NCBI GenBank assembly: GCA_030650025.1
Contig: JAUSEN010000005.1
Span: 3,631 to 67,630, forward strand
DNA from: Candidatus Magasanikiibacteriota bacterium
GTDB taxonomy: Bacteria > Patescibacteriota > Patescibacteriia > Magasanikbacterales > GWA2-37-8
Reading direction: 5' to 3'
Length of the DNA: 64,000 bases
A model generated the notes under the pieces. The model was not told where the DNA came from, ran no database searches, and saw only the letters and a list, made by a program, of their open reading frames with translations. Made by a program: the position numbers and the translations under genes. Of the stretch, positions 17,790 to 26,728 are shown piece after piece (the first letter of the stretch is position 1; the number at the start of each line of letters is the position of its first letter).

Positions 17790-17954
17790 ACAAACGTCGC
17801 TAGTGATGCCTCAACCTCTCCTCATCAAGCCCTGGTTCTTACCTGCGCCCCAGCCGCAGTTCAAGCTCATTCGAGCCTGCTGGGAATCTCTTGTTGAATT
17901 CAAAACTTGTTGGATCCAAGAAGCGAGCCCTGAACCCTACGTGGTTCAGGGATA

Positions 17955-17991
17955 ACAAAAAATCCCTTCCAAAATTGGCTGGGATTTTTTG
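17955..17991. terminator. Bidirectional terminator-like hairpin between convergent genes
   Basis: aaaaaatcccttccaaaattggctgggatttttt, with an A-run before and a T-run after. Confidence 0.45.
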
Positions 17992-18001
17992 ATTAAAATT
18001 A

Positions 18002-18268
18002 TTATTTTTCTAATACTACTTCTAGCGCCGCTTTGACCGAAGCATTGTTCGTTGACAACAAAACCACTTTCCCCGGGCGGGCGGCCATGAGCGGGGTAAT
18101 AAATTCATCGGCCCACGACGGGGTTAAAACTTGCACGCCGCTAAAATCAATTTCTATTAGTTCAGTTTTGTCTTTTGGAAAAGTATAAGCCTCTGCGGCT
18201 AAATACGCTTCTTTGCCAGCCGGGCGCGAAGTAAGATTAAGACCGAATTTTTTTAGTTCCAGACGCAT
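18002..18268 (-). CDS. Small STAS-like (DUF4325/SpoIIAA-like) protein
   Basis: 88 aa. The ELIEIDFSGVQVLTPSWADEFI core is STAS-like. It lies 21 nt downstream of the GHKL ATPase gene on the same strand. Confidence 0.4.
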   Translation of the reverse strand: MRLELKKFGLNLTSRPAGKEAYLAAEAYTFPKDKTELIEIDFSGVQVLTPSWADEFITPLMAARPGKVVLLSTNNASVKAALEVVLEK

Positions 18269-18289
18269 ATGGTTTACTTGAGACGCGAC

Positions 18290-19054
18290 TTAAAAATTAA
18301 TTACTGCCAACGTACCGGGGATAGTAGTCGGAGATTCAAAAATAGAGAGGCCGCCAGAATTTATTTCAGCCACAGCATTGCCGCTATAATAAGTTAAGCG
18401 CCAATTATTTTCTATAATTACTTTTTTTACAAATTTTAAACCGTTACCGCGTTGTTCGGGCGCGCGGCCGGATATTTTTTCTGTAAAAGCGACCTGTAGT
18501 GCTTGCATGTGGTCGGCTAGTGCTGGCCGCACGCGCTTAAGAGTGGCGAGCACGCCTTGGCCGCGATCGGCCATGATAATTATTTTGTTGACCTCATCAA
18601 GAATATAAATTAACCCGGGGAGCCCAAGCCACTGCCCAATATTATGGTCAAACGAATTGTTACCAATTTCACCGACTACCGCTGCCATCAAAAAACCTAT
18701 ATTTTCGTTGTTTAATATTTTTTTTATAACTCCCGCCAAACGATCACAACGCGCCTGAAAAACATCACGGGTTTGACAGTGCTCTCTGGAGCCAAAAAGA
18801 TTGTTGTCGCCAGAAATGGCCCAATTTATAGAATTTATGACTAGCGCAGAGTTATTTTTCATACTATTAGCATATTCATAATACCTGACCGAAGGCGGAT
18901 TGCCAACTTTATAGATAATTTTTTTCTCTTGTAAATTTTTAAGATGCCTAAATATCCCCGAGGCATTCTTGGCCAACTGGCTAATTATGTCGTGGGCACT
19001 GATGCCGCCCTGTTTCCTAATTAAATCCACTATTTTTTGCTCTGTTGTCAACAT
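18290..19054 (-). CDS. Winged-HTH fused to a GHKL/HATPase_c-like ATPase domain
   Basis: N-terminus ISAHDIISQLAKNASGIFRHLKNLQEKKIIYKV is wHTH-like. N-box-like VVGEIGNNSFDHN, G1-like DRGQGV and G2-like GNGLKF motifs follow. Confidence 0.5.
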   Translation of the reverse strand: MLTTEQKIVDLIRKQGGISAHDIISQLAKNASGIFRHLKNLQEKKIIYKVGNPPSVRYYEYANSMKNNSALVINSINWAISGDNNLFGSREHCQTRDVFQARCDRLAGVIKKILNNENIGFLMAAVVGEIGNNSFDHNIGQWLGLPGLIYILDEVNKIIIMADRGQGVLATLKRVRPALADHMQALQVAFTEKISGRAPEQRGNGLKFVKKVIIENNWRLTYYSGNAVAEINSGGLSIFESPTTIPGTLAVINF

Positions 19055-19123
19055 AATCTATAGTATATAGTTAATTATATACTATATACTATTAACTGTC
19101 AAGGCCTGTCTGCCGGTAGGCAA

Positions 19124-19153
19124 ACAAAAACCCTGCTCATTTTGGGAGCAGGG
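19124..19153 (-). terminator. Rho-independent terminator for the 19177..20580 gene
   Basis: Minus-strand reading ccctgctcccaaaatgagcaggg followed by ttttt. Confidence 0.6.
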
Positions 19154-19176
19154 CTGTGGTGAGAATTTTTGGCTCG

Positions 19177-20580
19177 TTATTGCACGGGCTGAATGTCTGG
19201 CTTGGCTCCGCTCCGGCGGGCTATAAAATATACGATGAGGACAAAAGCGACCACGGTTATTAAAGGAAGGAAACCATAACAATAGGTATTTAACATCTGG
19301 AAGGTGCTTATTTTGGTAAAGGAGAGTGAGCCCTCGACAGTTTCAACGTTAGCATCTAAGTTCGTGTCCTGCTCGGCCAGATTGTCCAGAGTTTTCTCCT
19401 TACTATTGATCTGCGTATTATAGCTATTTAATTTTTGTTGATAGCTGGAGTTTTCGGCGGCAATCTGATTTTTTAGCGAAGCGATTTGCCGACGTAATTC
19501 GGCTTTACGTGCGCTCATCGCTGTTTCATCTTCGGGCGTAATATAATCGATCGGTACAGCATTTTCTAATTCTCGTAGTTCTACTTCTTTGGCAGCCAAT
19601 TGCTTGTTGAGCAAAGCCAGCGTGGCGTTGTGCTTTTTAGTTAGTTCATTGCGTACCTTGGTAAGTTCCGCTAAGCTGGCAGTAGTTTTGTCGGTATTTT
19701 TTTCGATAACTTGTTTTTGGGGTAACAAGTTTTGCGAAGAAATATTTTCTTTAATAAATTTAGCACCAACAAAAGTTTTGATTTCTTCTCTAAACTCGGC
19801 AAACTTGTCTTTAGGGAGAGCAAAACTAATATAGCTATTCATATCCGAGATGTTGGCATTGTCCACGCGACCACCAAACCCCCGCACCGTAATGGCGGCG
19901 CGTTCGGCTAAATCACCCGGGTTCCGTGTCTTCAGGCTGGCATAGTAACTAGTTTTTAAATATTCACGGGTATCGCGAATGTCGTTTTGGCTAGAGTAGT
20001 CGGGGGGCATAGGGTAATACTCGGCGGACTCGTCTGATTTAAACATTCCGCCTACGGCACTAACCGCTCGAGCCATGGGGTTAGATACGCGGATGTCGGA
20101 AGCACCGAGGCCAGACTCTTGCGCCATCTGAAGATTCCCGCCACCCCCAGAGTAATTGCCAGGGCTACCCGCCCCGCCGCTAGTAGTGGCAGTCACCAGT
20201 TGGTTAACTACAAAAGACCCTACACTGTAAACTGCGACCACAACGATAAGCAGGCCGCCGCCTACTTTAATAAGAGTAAAAGGCGCGACTTGGCGAGCGA
20301 TCGCATTGCCGATTTTAGTAAAAATTGATTCTCGCTGTTGTGGATTGTTTTGGGTCATATTATTTTTAACAGATGAATTAGACTGGGATAGCTTGGGGAT
20401 TAATTTAGAAAAGCTCGCGCGCGCAGCGGCGTCTTCTTGGGCGTTAACAAAAATTTCGGAGGCTCGTAACAACTCTTTTGTAGGGGTCGCATATATGCGA
20501 CCCCTACAAGGCGTATCAAATAAAGCTTCGTCTAAAGCCTCGTCCAGTTCAATTTCTAATTTTTCTTCGTTGTAATCCAT
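19177..20580 (-). CDS. Membrane-spanning anti-sigma-factor-like protein (DUF4349-like coiled-coil ectodomain, C-terminal TM)
   Basis: 467 aa. TM helix FTLIKVGGGLLIVVVAVYSVGSFVV, a coiled-coil region, and a C-terminal TM LPLITVVAFVLIVYFIARR. Its start is 2 nt after the stop of the ECF sigma gene. Confidence 0.5.
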   Translation of the reverse strand: MDYNEEKLEIELDEALDEALFDTPCRGRIYATPTKELLRASEIFVNAQEDAAARASFSKLIPKLSQSNSSVKNNMTQNNPQQRESIFTKIGNAIARQVAPFTLIKVGGGLLIVVVAVYSVGSFVVNQLVTATTSGGAGSPGNYSGGGGNLQMAQESGLGASDIRVSNPMARAVSAVGGMFKSDESAEYYPMPPDYSSQNDIRDTREYLKTSYYASLKTRNPGDLAERAAITVRGFGGRVDNANISDMNSYISFALPKDKFAEFREEIKTFVGAKFIKENISSQNLLPQKQVIEKNTDKTTASLAELTKVRNELTKKHNATLALLNKQLAAKEVELRELENAVPIDYITPEDETAMSARKAELRRQIASLKNQIAAENSSYQQKLNSYNTQINSKEKTLDNLAEQDTNLDANVETVEGSLSFTKISTFQMLNTYCYGFLPLITVVAFVLIVYFIARRSGAKPDIQPVQ

Positions 20581-20581
20581 A

Positions 20582-21124
20582 TTATTTAATTTTCTCTCTA
20601 ATCTTCTTAAGCGCTCGGCACTGAATTTGGCGCACGGCCGCTTCGCTTTTATTTATTTTTAGCGCCACCTCGCGGCTACTAAAACCCTCAATGAGGCGCA
20701 GTGTTAAAATTTCGCGCTCTTCTGAATCTACTATTTGTAACAGCTGTTCGGCGGCAATTTGTGACAGTGTGGCTTCAGGAACATCATGGCTGTCAGGCGT
20801 ATCAAAATCCTCGGGCAGGTTTACCGGGGTACGGTTTTGTTTTTGCCAAAAATCGGCCAAACAATTTCTGGCGATCGTATATAAATAGTTGAGCGGGGAG
20901 CGGTTTTGATTAGAAAATTCGGTACGCGAGTTGTAAAGGCGGAGGAATACTTGTTGGGTAATGTCTTCAGAATCAGAGAGGTGTCGTAGCCGTTTTTGGC
21001 AATAGCGAAAAATAGGCAAATAAAAAGCGCTATAAACAGCGCCAAACGCCTGCTTATCACCGCTTTTGGCGGCTTGCAAAAGCTTAACTAAATCGGCGGC
21101 TGATTCTGGCATTGATTCACCCAT
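20582..21124 (-). CDS. ECF-type sigma-70 family RNA polymerase sigma factor
   Basis: 180 aa. Region-2-like FYLPIFRYCQKRL..EDITQQVFLRLY and region-4 HTH REILTLRLIEGFSSREVALKINKSEAAVRQIQCRALKKIRE. Confidence 0.8.
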   Translation of the reverse strand: MGESMPESAADLVKLLQAAKSGDKQAFGAVYSAFYLPIFRYCQKRLRHLSDSEDITQQVFLRLYNSRTEFSNQNRSPLNYLYTIARNCLADFWQKQNRTPVNLPEDFDTPDSHDVPEATLSQIAAEQLLQIVDSEEREILTLRLIEGFSSREVALKINKSEAAVRQIQCRALKKIREKIK

Positions 21125-21367
21125 ACTATTTAGAAGATCTTCAGTATCAATAACGTTTCGGGGCTGTCTTTTGTGACATGGGTCTAGCCTAGCATAGCTA
21201 AAGCGCGGCGTCCATTGTTTAAGATTAACTCATTCTAAAAACAGCAAAAACCGCCCGGTTAACAGGCGGTTCGGCGAGCGGTAGATGACTGTTTGCCGAT
21301 ATAGTGATAAAATACTAGTGAGTTTTAATTTTGCTGGGACGAGAAGAGGAGCCCTTGACAACCATTC

Positions 21368-21420
21368 TTAAAATTGATATTATTGATATTGATTTTAGTA
21401 CTTAAATTGATATTGATAAT
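21368..21420. repeat. Cluster of direct TTGATAT(TGAT) repeats in the divergent promoter region
   Basis: aaattgatattattgatattgattttagtacttaaattgatattgataatg: four TTGATAT units directly upstream of the ATG at 21428. Confidence 0.6.
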
Positions 21421-21427
21421 GTGATTT

Positions 21428-22669
21428 ATGCTCACTATTGAATTTTTAGAGCAAATAATCTTGGACCAAAAAGCGGCTTTTGAGGATAAAGGCACCGACG
21501 TGGAACGGGATATTGATTTTAAAAAATATCTTTCCGTGCCGCAAATTGTGGTTGTTTCCGGCGTCCGCCGCTGTGGCAAATCCACCCTGCTTAAACAATT
21601 TTCGCGCCGCGCCGCGCCGTATTATTATTTAAATTTTGAAGACGACCGTTTATTGAGCTTTACGGCCTCCGATTTTCAAAATTTACTTTTAGCCTTCAAA
21701 AAACAAAGGGCGGCTAAATTTGTTTATTTAGACGAGGTGCAAAATGTCATTGGTTGGGAAAGCTTCGCGCGCCGCTTGTTTGAAGCCGGGCACAAAGTAT
21801 TTATTACCGGCTCCAGCGCCAAACTATTGAGCGGCGAGCTGGCCAGCCGCCTGACCGGACGCTATCTAAAAATAGAGCTATTTCCATTTTCATTTAAAGA
21901 ATTTTTGCGCTGGCAGAGTGTCTCGACGACGGACAAGAGTTCGACCGGAGAAGCGCGTCTACTAAAACAATTTGACGAGTACGCGCGCCTGGGGGGCTTC
22001 CCGGAAATGCTAAAACTTCGTTTGCCGGAAATTGCCGTCCGTATTTATGAAGATGTGGTTTACCGCGATTTAATCGTGCGCTATAAAATTCGGGAAACGC
22101 GCGCTTTTCGCCAACTGGCCGGTTGGCTGTTTGCTAACATTGCCAAAGAAACAAACTATAATGCTTTGGCAAAAGCCCTGCAGGTAAAAAGCGTCGCGTC
22201 AATAAAAAATCATGTCGCCTTTATGGCCGAGTCATATTTGCTGTTTGAAATGGTTAAATATGATTGGTCGCTCAAGAGGCAATACATATCGGGACGAAAA
22301 TTTTATGCGATTGACGCGGGTTTGCGCGGTGAAGTGGCTTTTGTTGTTTCGGAAGATCGAGGTAGAATTTTGGAAAATATCGTATACCTGGAATTGCGCC
22401 GGCGGGGAAAGGCGCCTTATTACGCCAAAGACAAGGCGGAATGCGATTTTGTGACCGTTGAAAAAAATAAAATTACCGCCGCTATTCAGGTGGCCGATTT
22501 GTTTGATGACGGAAATCGCGAACGTGAACTGGCGGGTTTAATTGAGGCTTTGTCTTTGGGAAAATTGAAACAAGGGTTAATTTTAACTCGCAGTCAGAGC
22601 GACAATTTAATTATTAAAGGATTTAAAATTAAAGTGACCCCACTCTGGCAGTGGCTAATTGAGGAGTAA
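21428..22669 (+). CDS. AAA+ superfamily ATPase (COG1373-type with C-terminal DUF4143-like domain)
   Basis: 413 aa. Walker A SGVRRCGKST and Walker B-like FVYLDEVQ. Architecture typical of the predicted ATPase family. Confidence 0.7.
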   Translation: MLTIEFLEQIILDQKAAFEDKGTDVERDIDFKKYLSVPQIVVVSGVRRCGKSTLLKQFSRRAAPYYYLNFEDDRLLSFTASDFQNLLLAFKKQRAAKFVYLDEVQNVIGWESFARRLFEAGHKVFITGSSAKLLSGELASRLTGRYLKIELFPFSFKEFLRWQSVSTTDKSSTGEARLLKQFDEYARLGGFPEMLKLRLPEIAVRIYEDVVYRDLIVRYKIRETRAFRQLAGWLFANIAKETNYNALAKALQVKSVASIKNHVAFMAESYLLFEMVKYDWSLKRQYISGRKFYAIDAGLRGEVAFVVSEDRGRILENIVYLELRRRGKAPYYAKDKAECDFVTVEKNKITAAIQVADLFDDGNRERELAGLIEALSLGKLKQGLILTRSQSDNLIIKGFKIKVTPLWQWLIEE

Positions 22670-22677
22670 AAAAATTT

Positions 22678-23766
22678 ATGCCAACCATACTAACAATTAT
22701 TACAGCCGTTTTTCTGCTGGCCGGACTGGCGACTTGGTGGTTGATTTATAACAAGTTGCGGACGGGACAAAAACCCAAAGCCGAAGAGGAAAATCTATTT
22801 TTAATGATGCAACAGCAGATGCAGGATTTGGCGAGGTTGGTGGACCAAAAAATTGGTGACACGCATAAGCAAATGCAGAATACGGAAAAAGAATTAAACA
22901 AAACGATTCAACAGCAGTTTGGGCAAAGTATGAAAATTGTGACGGACGTGACGGAGCGTTTAACCAAGCTCGATGAAACTAATCGACAGGTGGTGGGGTT
23001 TGCCGAACAACTGGAGAGTTTGCAACAGACTCTGCAGAACCCTAAACAACGCGGCATTCTTGGCGAGTATTATCTAGAAAATGTGCTGAAGAATGTCTTG
23101 CCGCCCAATGGCTACGAGATGCAATACAAATTTAGCGATGGCGATATTGTGGACGCGGCCGTGTTTGTAAAAGACAAAATTATTCCCGTGGATTCTAAAT
23201 TTAGTTTAGAAAATTATAACCGCGCGATTGAGGAACGAGATTTAAATAAGAGAGAAGAACTGGAAAATTTATTTAAACAAGATTTAAAAAAACGCATTGA
23301 CGAAACCAGCAAGTATATTAAACCCAAAGAAGGGACGATGGATTTTGCTTTTATGTTTATTCCGTCCGAAGGGATTTACTACGACCTCCTGATTAATAAA
23401 GTAGGGGCGATGAAGACAAACACGAACGATTTAATTGATTATGCGTTTAAAGAGAAGCACGTAATTATTGTGTCGCCCACATCGTTTCTCGCTTACCTCC
23501 AAACTGTCATGCAGGGTTTGCGCGCGTTGCGTATAGAAGAAACTGCCAAAGAAATTCGGGGGCGAGTGGAAGAATTGGGGAAACACATCGTGGCCTACGA
23601 AACCTACATGACTAAACTCGGGAATAATTTGGGCACGACCGTAAATTCTTTTAATACTGCTTATAAAGAGCTGAATAAAATTGATAAAGACGTAGTGCGC
23701 ATAACCGATGGGGAACGGAAAATTGAAGTTTTGACGATTGAAAAGCCGAACGTGGAAATTGAATAA
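22678..23766 (+). CDS. rmuC: DNA recombination protein RmuC homolog
   Basis: N-terminal TM, a coiled-coil with Q-rich heptads, and a C-terminal motif VDAAVFVKDKIIPVDSKFSLENYN typical of the RmuC family. Confidence 0.65.
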   Translation: MPTILTIITAVFLLAGLATWWLIYNKLRTGQKPKAEEENLFLMMQQQMQDLARLVDQKIGDTHKQMQNTEKELNKTIQQQFGQSMKIVTDVTERLTKLDETNRQVVGFAEQLESLQQTLQNPKQRGILGEYYLENVLKNVLPPNGYEMQYKFSDGDIVDAAVFVKDKIIPVDSKFSLENYNRAIEERDLNKREELENLFKQDLKKRIDETSKYIKPKEGTMDFAFMFIPSEGIYYDLLINKVGAMKTNTNDLIDYAFKEKHVIIVSPTSFLAYLQTVMQGLRALRIEETAKEIRGRVEELGKHIVAYETYMTKLGNNLGTTVNSFNTAYKELNKIDKDVVRITDGERKIEVLTIEKPNVEIE

Positions 23767-23769
23767 TGC

Positions 23770-23798
23770 TTGACTTTACGGCGAAACTAACATATACT
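23770..23798 (+). promoter_or_regulatory. Sigma-70-like promoter (TTGACT, 17-nt spacer, TATACT) for rpsT
   Basis: ttgactttacggcgaaactaacatatact, 100 nt upstream of the rpsT start. Confidence 0.5.
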
Positions 23799-23897
23799 CG
23801 ATAAACAATTTTCAATCGGCTCTCAAATTGTTAATTGTTACTTGTCCCGCCACAGCGGGATCCCGCCTCGCGGCGGTGATTAATTGAATAAATTTTT

Positions 23898-24155
23898 ATG
23901 CCCAACAAAGCTGCGGGGCGAAAAGCCTTGCGCCAAACCAAAAAACACTTTGCGTGGAACACCGCTCGCAAAGAGGCTTTTAAAACCGCTATCAAAAAGG
24001 CGTTAAAAGCCGCCAGCGGAGACGAAGCCAAAAAACTGGTCGTGGTCGCCCAAAAGGCGCTCGACAAAGCCGCCAAACGCGGCGTCATAAAAAAGAACGC
24101 GGCGGCCCGCAAAATCTCACGCCTTATGAAGAAAGTGGCAGCCCTCAAAAAATAG
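23898..24155 (+). CDS. rpsT: 30S ribosomal protein S20
   Basis: 85-aa basic Ala/Lys-rich protein with an S20-like N-terminus. Confidence 0.8.
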   Translation: MPNKAAGRKALRQTKKHFAWNTARKEAFKTAIKKALKAASGDEAKKLVVVAQKALDKAAKRGVIKKNAAARKISRLMKKVAALKK

Positions 24156-24171
24156 GCAAAATAAAAGATTT

Positions 24172-24200
24172 AAAAACCCTCTCCGCGGAGAGGGTTTTTA
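24172..24200 (+). terminator. Rho-independent terminator after rpsT
   Basis: aaaaaccctctccgcggagagggttttt. Confidence 0.75.
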
Positions 24201-24239
24201 AATTAAGTCTCTTAAGTTAAGCGCCTTAACTAAAGCAGG

Positions 24240-25298
24240 TTAAATGGCGGCCACAAAAAAATCGAGTAGCAACTCGCGCGGAGCCAGGCTAGTTTTGATT
24301 TGCTGTTCTAGCTCTAAAAATTTGCGATACGTTTTTTGCAGTTGAGCGAGGGGGGCGCGGCGCGCCAGCCCCAAATTTTTTTTAACAACAAAAGGGTGCA
24401 AGCCGAGCTCCCGAGCGATGGCGTCGCTCGTGGCCGCGCTGTCGCCTTCTAAAAAATCCGCTATTTGCAATAAAATTCTATATTGCCAAATAACGAGGCC
24501 GACTATCCTCCCATCTTCTTCGCCCAAACCGCGCTGATGCGCCAAAAGCTGGAGCGCTTTTTTATGGTCGCCCTGTGCTACGGCATCAACCAGAGAAAAA
24601 ATATTATCATCTAACTTGGCTTTAACAAACAAGCCAACGGCTTCCGGAGTCACTGGTTCGGCGCCACAAAAAGCCAGCAAAATATCTATTAAATTGCTGG
24701 CCTCCCAGGTGTCCGAAACGCTGGCGCCAATTTTAGCCGCGGCTTCGGGAGTAATACTGCCGCCGCGCGCAGCGCCCTCGGACTTGACCCAGGCATTAAG
24801 ACTGGCGCCAGCGAGAGGCGCGAATTCGCGCGCGTATTTTTCTTTTTTTAATAACGCTTCTAGCTCTTTAGCTTCTTTAATTTTGGAGAGCGGCTCCCCC
24901 TGCCAGAAAACCACCACCGGGCTGTCGCCAAAAACCTGTTTTTTTATTTTTTCTATCATGACGGCAAGCAATTCTTTGTCTTTACTCGCTAAAATATTTT
25001 CTATTACCACCATTCTTTTTTCGGCTAAAAAGGGCGTGGCCGATAACTCACCCAGAATTTTACCTAGATCATCTCCGCCCGAGGCCTGCCTCGACCTAGT
25101 CTCATCAAGGCGGACGGATCCACCTGTGACGGGTAAAATAACCACGTTGTACCCGGCTGGGTCGCGCGTAGTTTTAAATTGCTTAATAGAGTGGCGCAGA
25201 TACTCCCGAGAACGGTAGGTATCCTCGCCGTAAATATATATAATCATAAAAATGGGCTTGATACGGTTCATCTTACCGCTTTGGAAGCTCTTTGGCAA
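24240..25298 (-). CDS. holA: DNA polymerase III delta subunit (HolA-like)
   Basis: Delta-subunit-like length and C-terminal pattern (ALQLLAHQRGLGEED..IVGLVIWQYRILLQ). The true start may be the internal Met at 25271 or 25247. Confidence 0.6.
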   Translation of the reverse strand: MPKSFQSGKMNRIKPIFMIIYIYGEDTYRSREYLRHSIKQFKTTRDPAGYNVVILPVTGGSVRLDETRSRQASGGDDLGKILGELSATPFLAEKRMVVIENILASKDKELLAVMIEKIKKQVFGDSPVVVFWQGEPLSKIKEAKELEALLKKEKYAREFAPLAGASLNAWVKSEGAARGGSITPEAAAKIGASVSDTWEASNLIDILLAFCGAEPVTPEAVGLFVKAKLDDNIFSLVDAVAQGDHKKALQLLAHQRGLGEEDGRIVGLVIWQYRILLQIADFLEGDSAATSDAIARELGLHPFVVKKNLGLARRAPLAQLQKTYRKFLELEQQIKTSLAPRELLLDFFVAAI

Positions 25299-25351
25299 TA
25301 AAAATGGCGCGATAGAGGGTAGTATGATATAATCGGGTTGTTAATTTTTTT

Positions 25352-26605
25352 ATGAAATCAATCCACACGGACATTCTAATACTAGGAGCCGGGATCGGCG
25401 GCTACCAGGCTTTTCGAAAATTATCACGAGGACTTAAAAAATACGGGATCAAAAAAACAATTACTATAATTGATAAAAATAATTATTTTACTTTTTATCC
25501 GCTCCTGCACGAAGTAGCGACCGGGGTGGTGGAGCCAGAGCATTGCACGGTGGCCTTGCGCGAGTTAGTGGCGGGGGGGCCGCACGCCTTTGTGAAGGCG
25601 GTAGTAAAACACATTGATGTAGAAAGAAAACTGGTATATTTGGACTGCGACCAAATTGAATGCGATGCTATTAGCTATGACTATTGCATCAGTTCTCTCG
25701 GCACAGGCGTTAACTTTTTTAACACGCCCGGCGCGGCCGAGTACGCTCACCACATTAAAACCCTGGAACACGCCATTACTTTTCGCCAAGCGCTGATTAA
25801 TCGTTTTGATACCGTGGATAAGCATATCACGGTAGCCGTGGTGGGAGGCGGCATGACGGGAATTGAAATTGGCAGCCATATTGCCCATTTTTTAAACTTT
25901 GATTTAAAAAAACTTTATCCGGAAAAAACTTCATCTATAAAAATAATTGAAAAAAACAAAGAGTTGGTGGAGTTTTTGCCGCCCAAAGCCCGCCGCCTGA
26001 TTGCGCGGCGCCTCCATAAACTGGGCGTTGAGGTAATACTAAATACCGGCGTGCGCGAAATAAAACCAGATAGTGTGATTTTGAGCGATGGCCGCGAAAT
26101 GGAAAGTGATTTAACCATGTGGTCGATTGGCGTGTTGAACGCGGCGGACAAAATTTTGCCGGCGGATTGGTGCGAACGCGGCTGTATACCGGTTAATGAA
26201 TTTTTGCAGACCAAAAAAAATAAATTTTTTTACGCCATCGGCGATATGATGCTGTGGGTAAACCCTAAAACTGGCAAACCCATTCCGCAAATGGGCGAAG
26301 CCGCGCACCGCGAGGCCGACTACGCGGCCAAACACCTGGTTAACACTCTCCGCGAAAAAATGACTAAGCCTTTTAGTTTTGAATCGCTTGGCACCATGAT
26401 GCCAATTGGAGAAAATTATGGGCTGTTTGTGAAAAATAATTTTGTGGTGGGCGGTTTTTTGGCCTGGTGGCTGCGCCGCACAGTGTACGTATTCTTTATG
26501 CCGGGCATGATCCGCAAAATCAAAATCATTGTGGATTGGACATTGCGCCTGTTTGGTTTTGCTGATATAGTAAGTATGAAGATTTACACGCCTACTAAAA
26601 AATAA
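25352..26605 (+). CDS. ndh: Type II NADH dehydrogenase-like FAD/NAD(P)-dependent oxidoreductase
   Basis: N-terminal GAGIGG dinucleotide-binding motif, a second GGGMTGIE motif, and the C-terminal membrane-anchoring region typical of NDH-2. Confidence 0.7.
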   Translation: MKSIHTDILILGAGIGGYQAFRKLSRGLKKYGIKKTITIIDKNNYFTFYPLLHEVATGVVEPEHCTVALRELVAGGPHAFVKAVVKHIDVERKLVYLDCDQIECDAISYDYCISSLGTGVNFFNTPGAAEYAHHIKTLEHAITFRQALINRFDTVDKHITVAVVGGGMTGIEIGSHIAHFLNFDLKKLYPEKTSSIKIIEKNKELVEFLPPKARRLIARRLHKLGVEVILNTGVREIKPDSVILSDGREMESDLTMWSIGVLNAADKILPADWCERGCIPVNEFLQTKKNKFFYAIGDMMLWVNPKTGKPIPQMGEAAHREADYAAKHLVNTLREKMTKPFSFESLGTMMPIGENYGLFVKNNFVVGGFLAWWLRRTVYVFFMPGMIRKIKIIVDWTLRLFGFADIVSMKIYTPTKK

Positions 26606-26616
26606 ACACTGACTTC

Positions 26617-26660
26617 CTCCTCCTCGGCTTTCCGCTGGGCGCGGAAAATCCTCGGAGTCG
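26617..26660 (+). repeat. Conserved intergenic hairpin motif, copy A (copy B at 36434..36480)
   Basis: cctcctcggctttccgctgggcgcggaaaatcctcggagtcgg versus cctccccttcggtcttctgctgggcgcagaaaatccttggggtcgg. The stem is tccgc/gcgga in A and tctgc/gcaga in B, a compensatory C>T/G>A change. Confidence 0.5.
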
Positions 26661-26728
26661 GAATAACCGGTATAGATAAAATTTTATTAATTTACACCTC
26701 GCCTAAAAACGGGACTAACAACTGTAAT

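Noticed and set aside
24616-25218. 200-aa plus-strand ORF
   Set aside because: Antisense to the holA-like gene. The translation is low-complexity Ser/Ala/Leu-rich.
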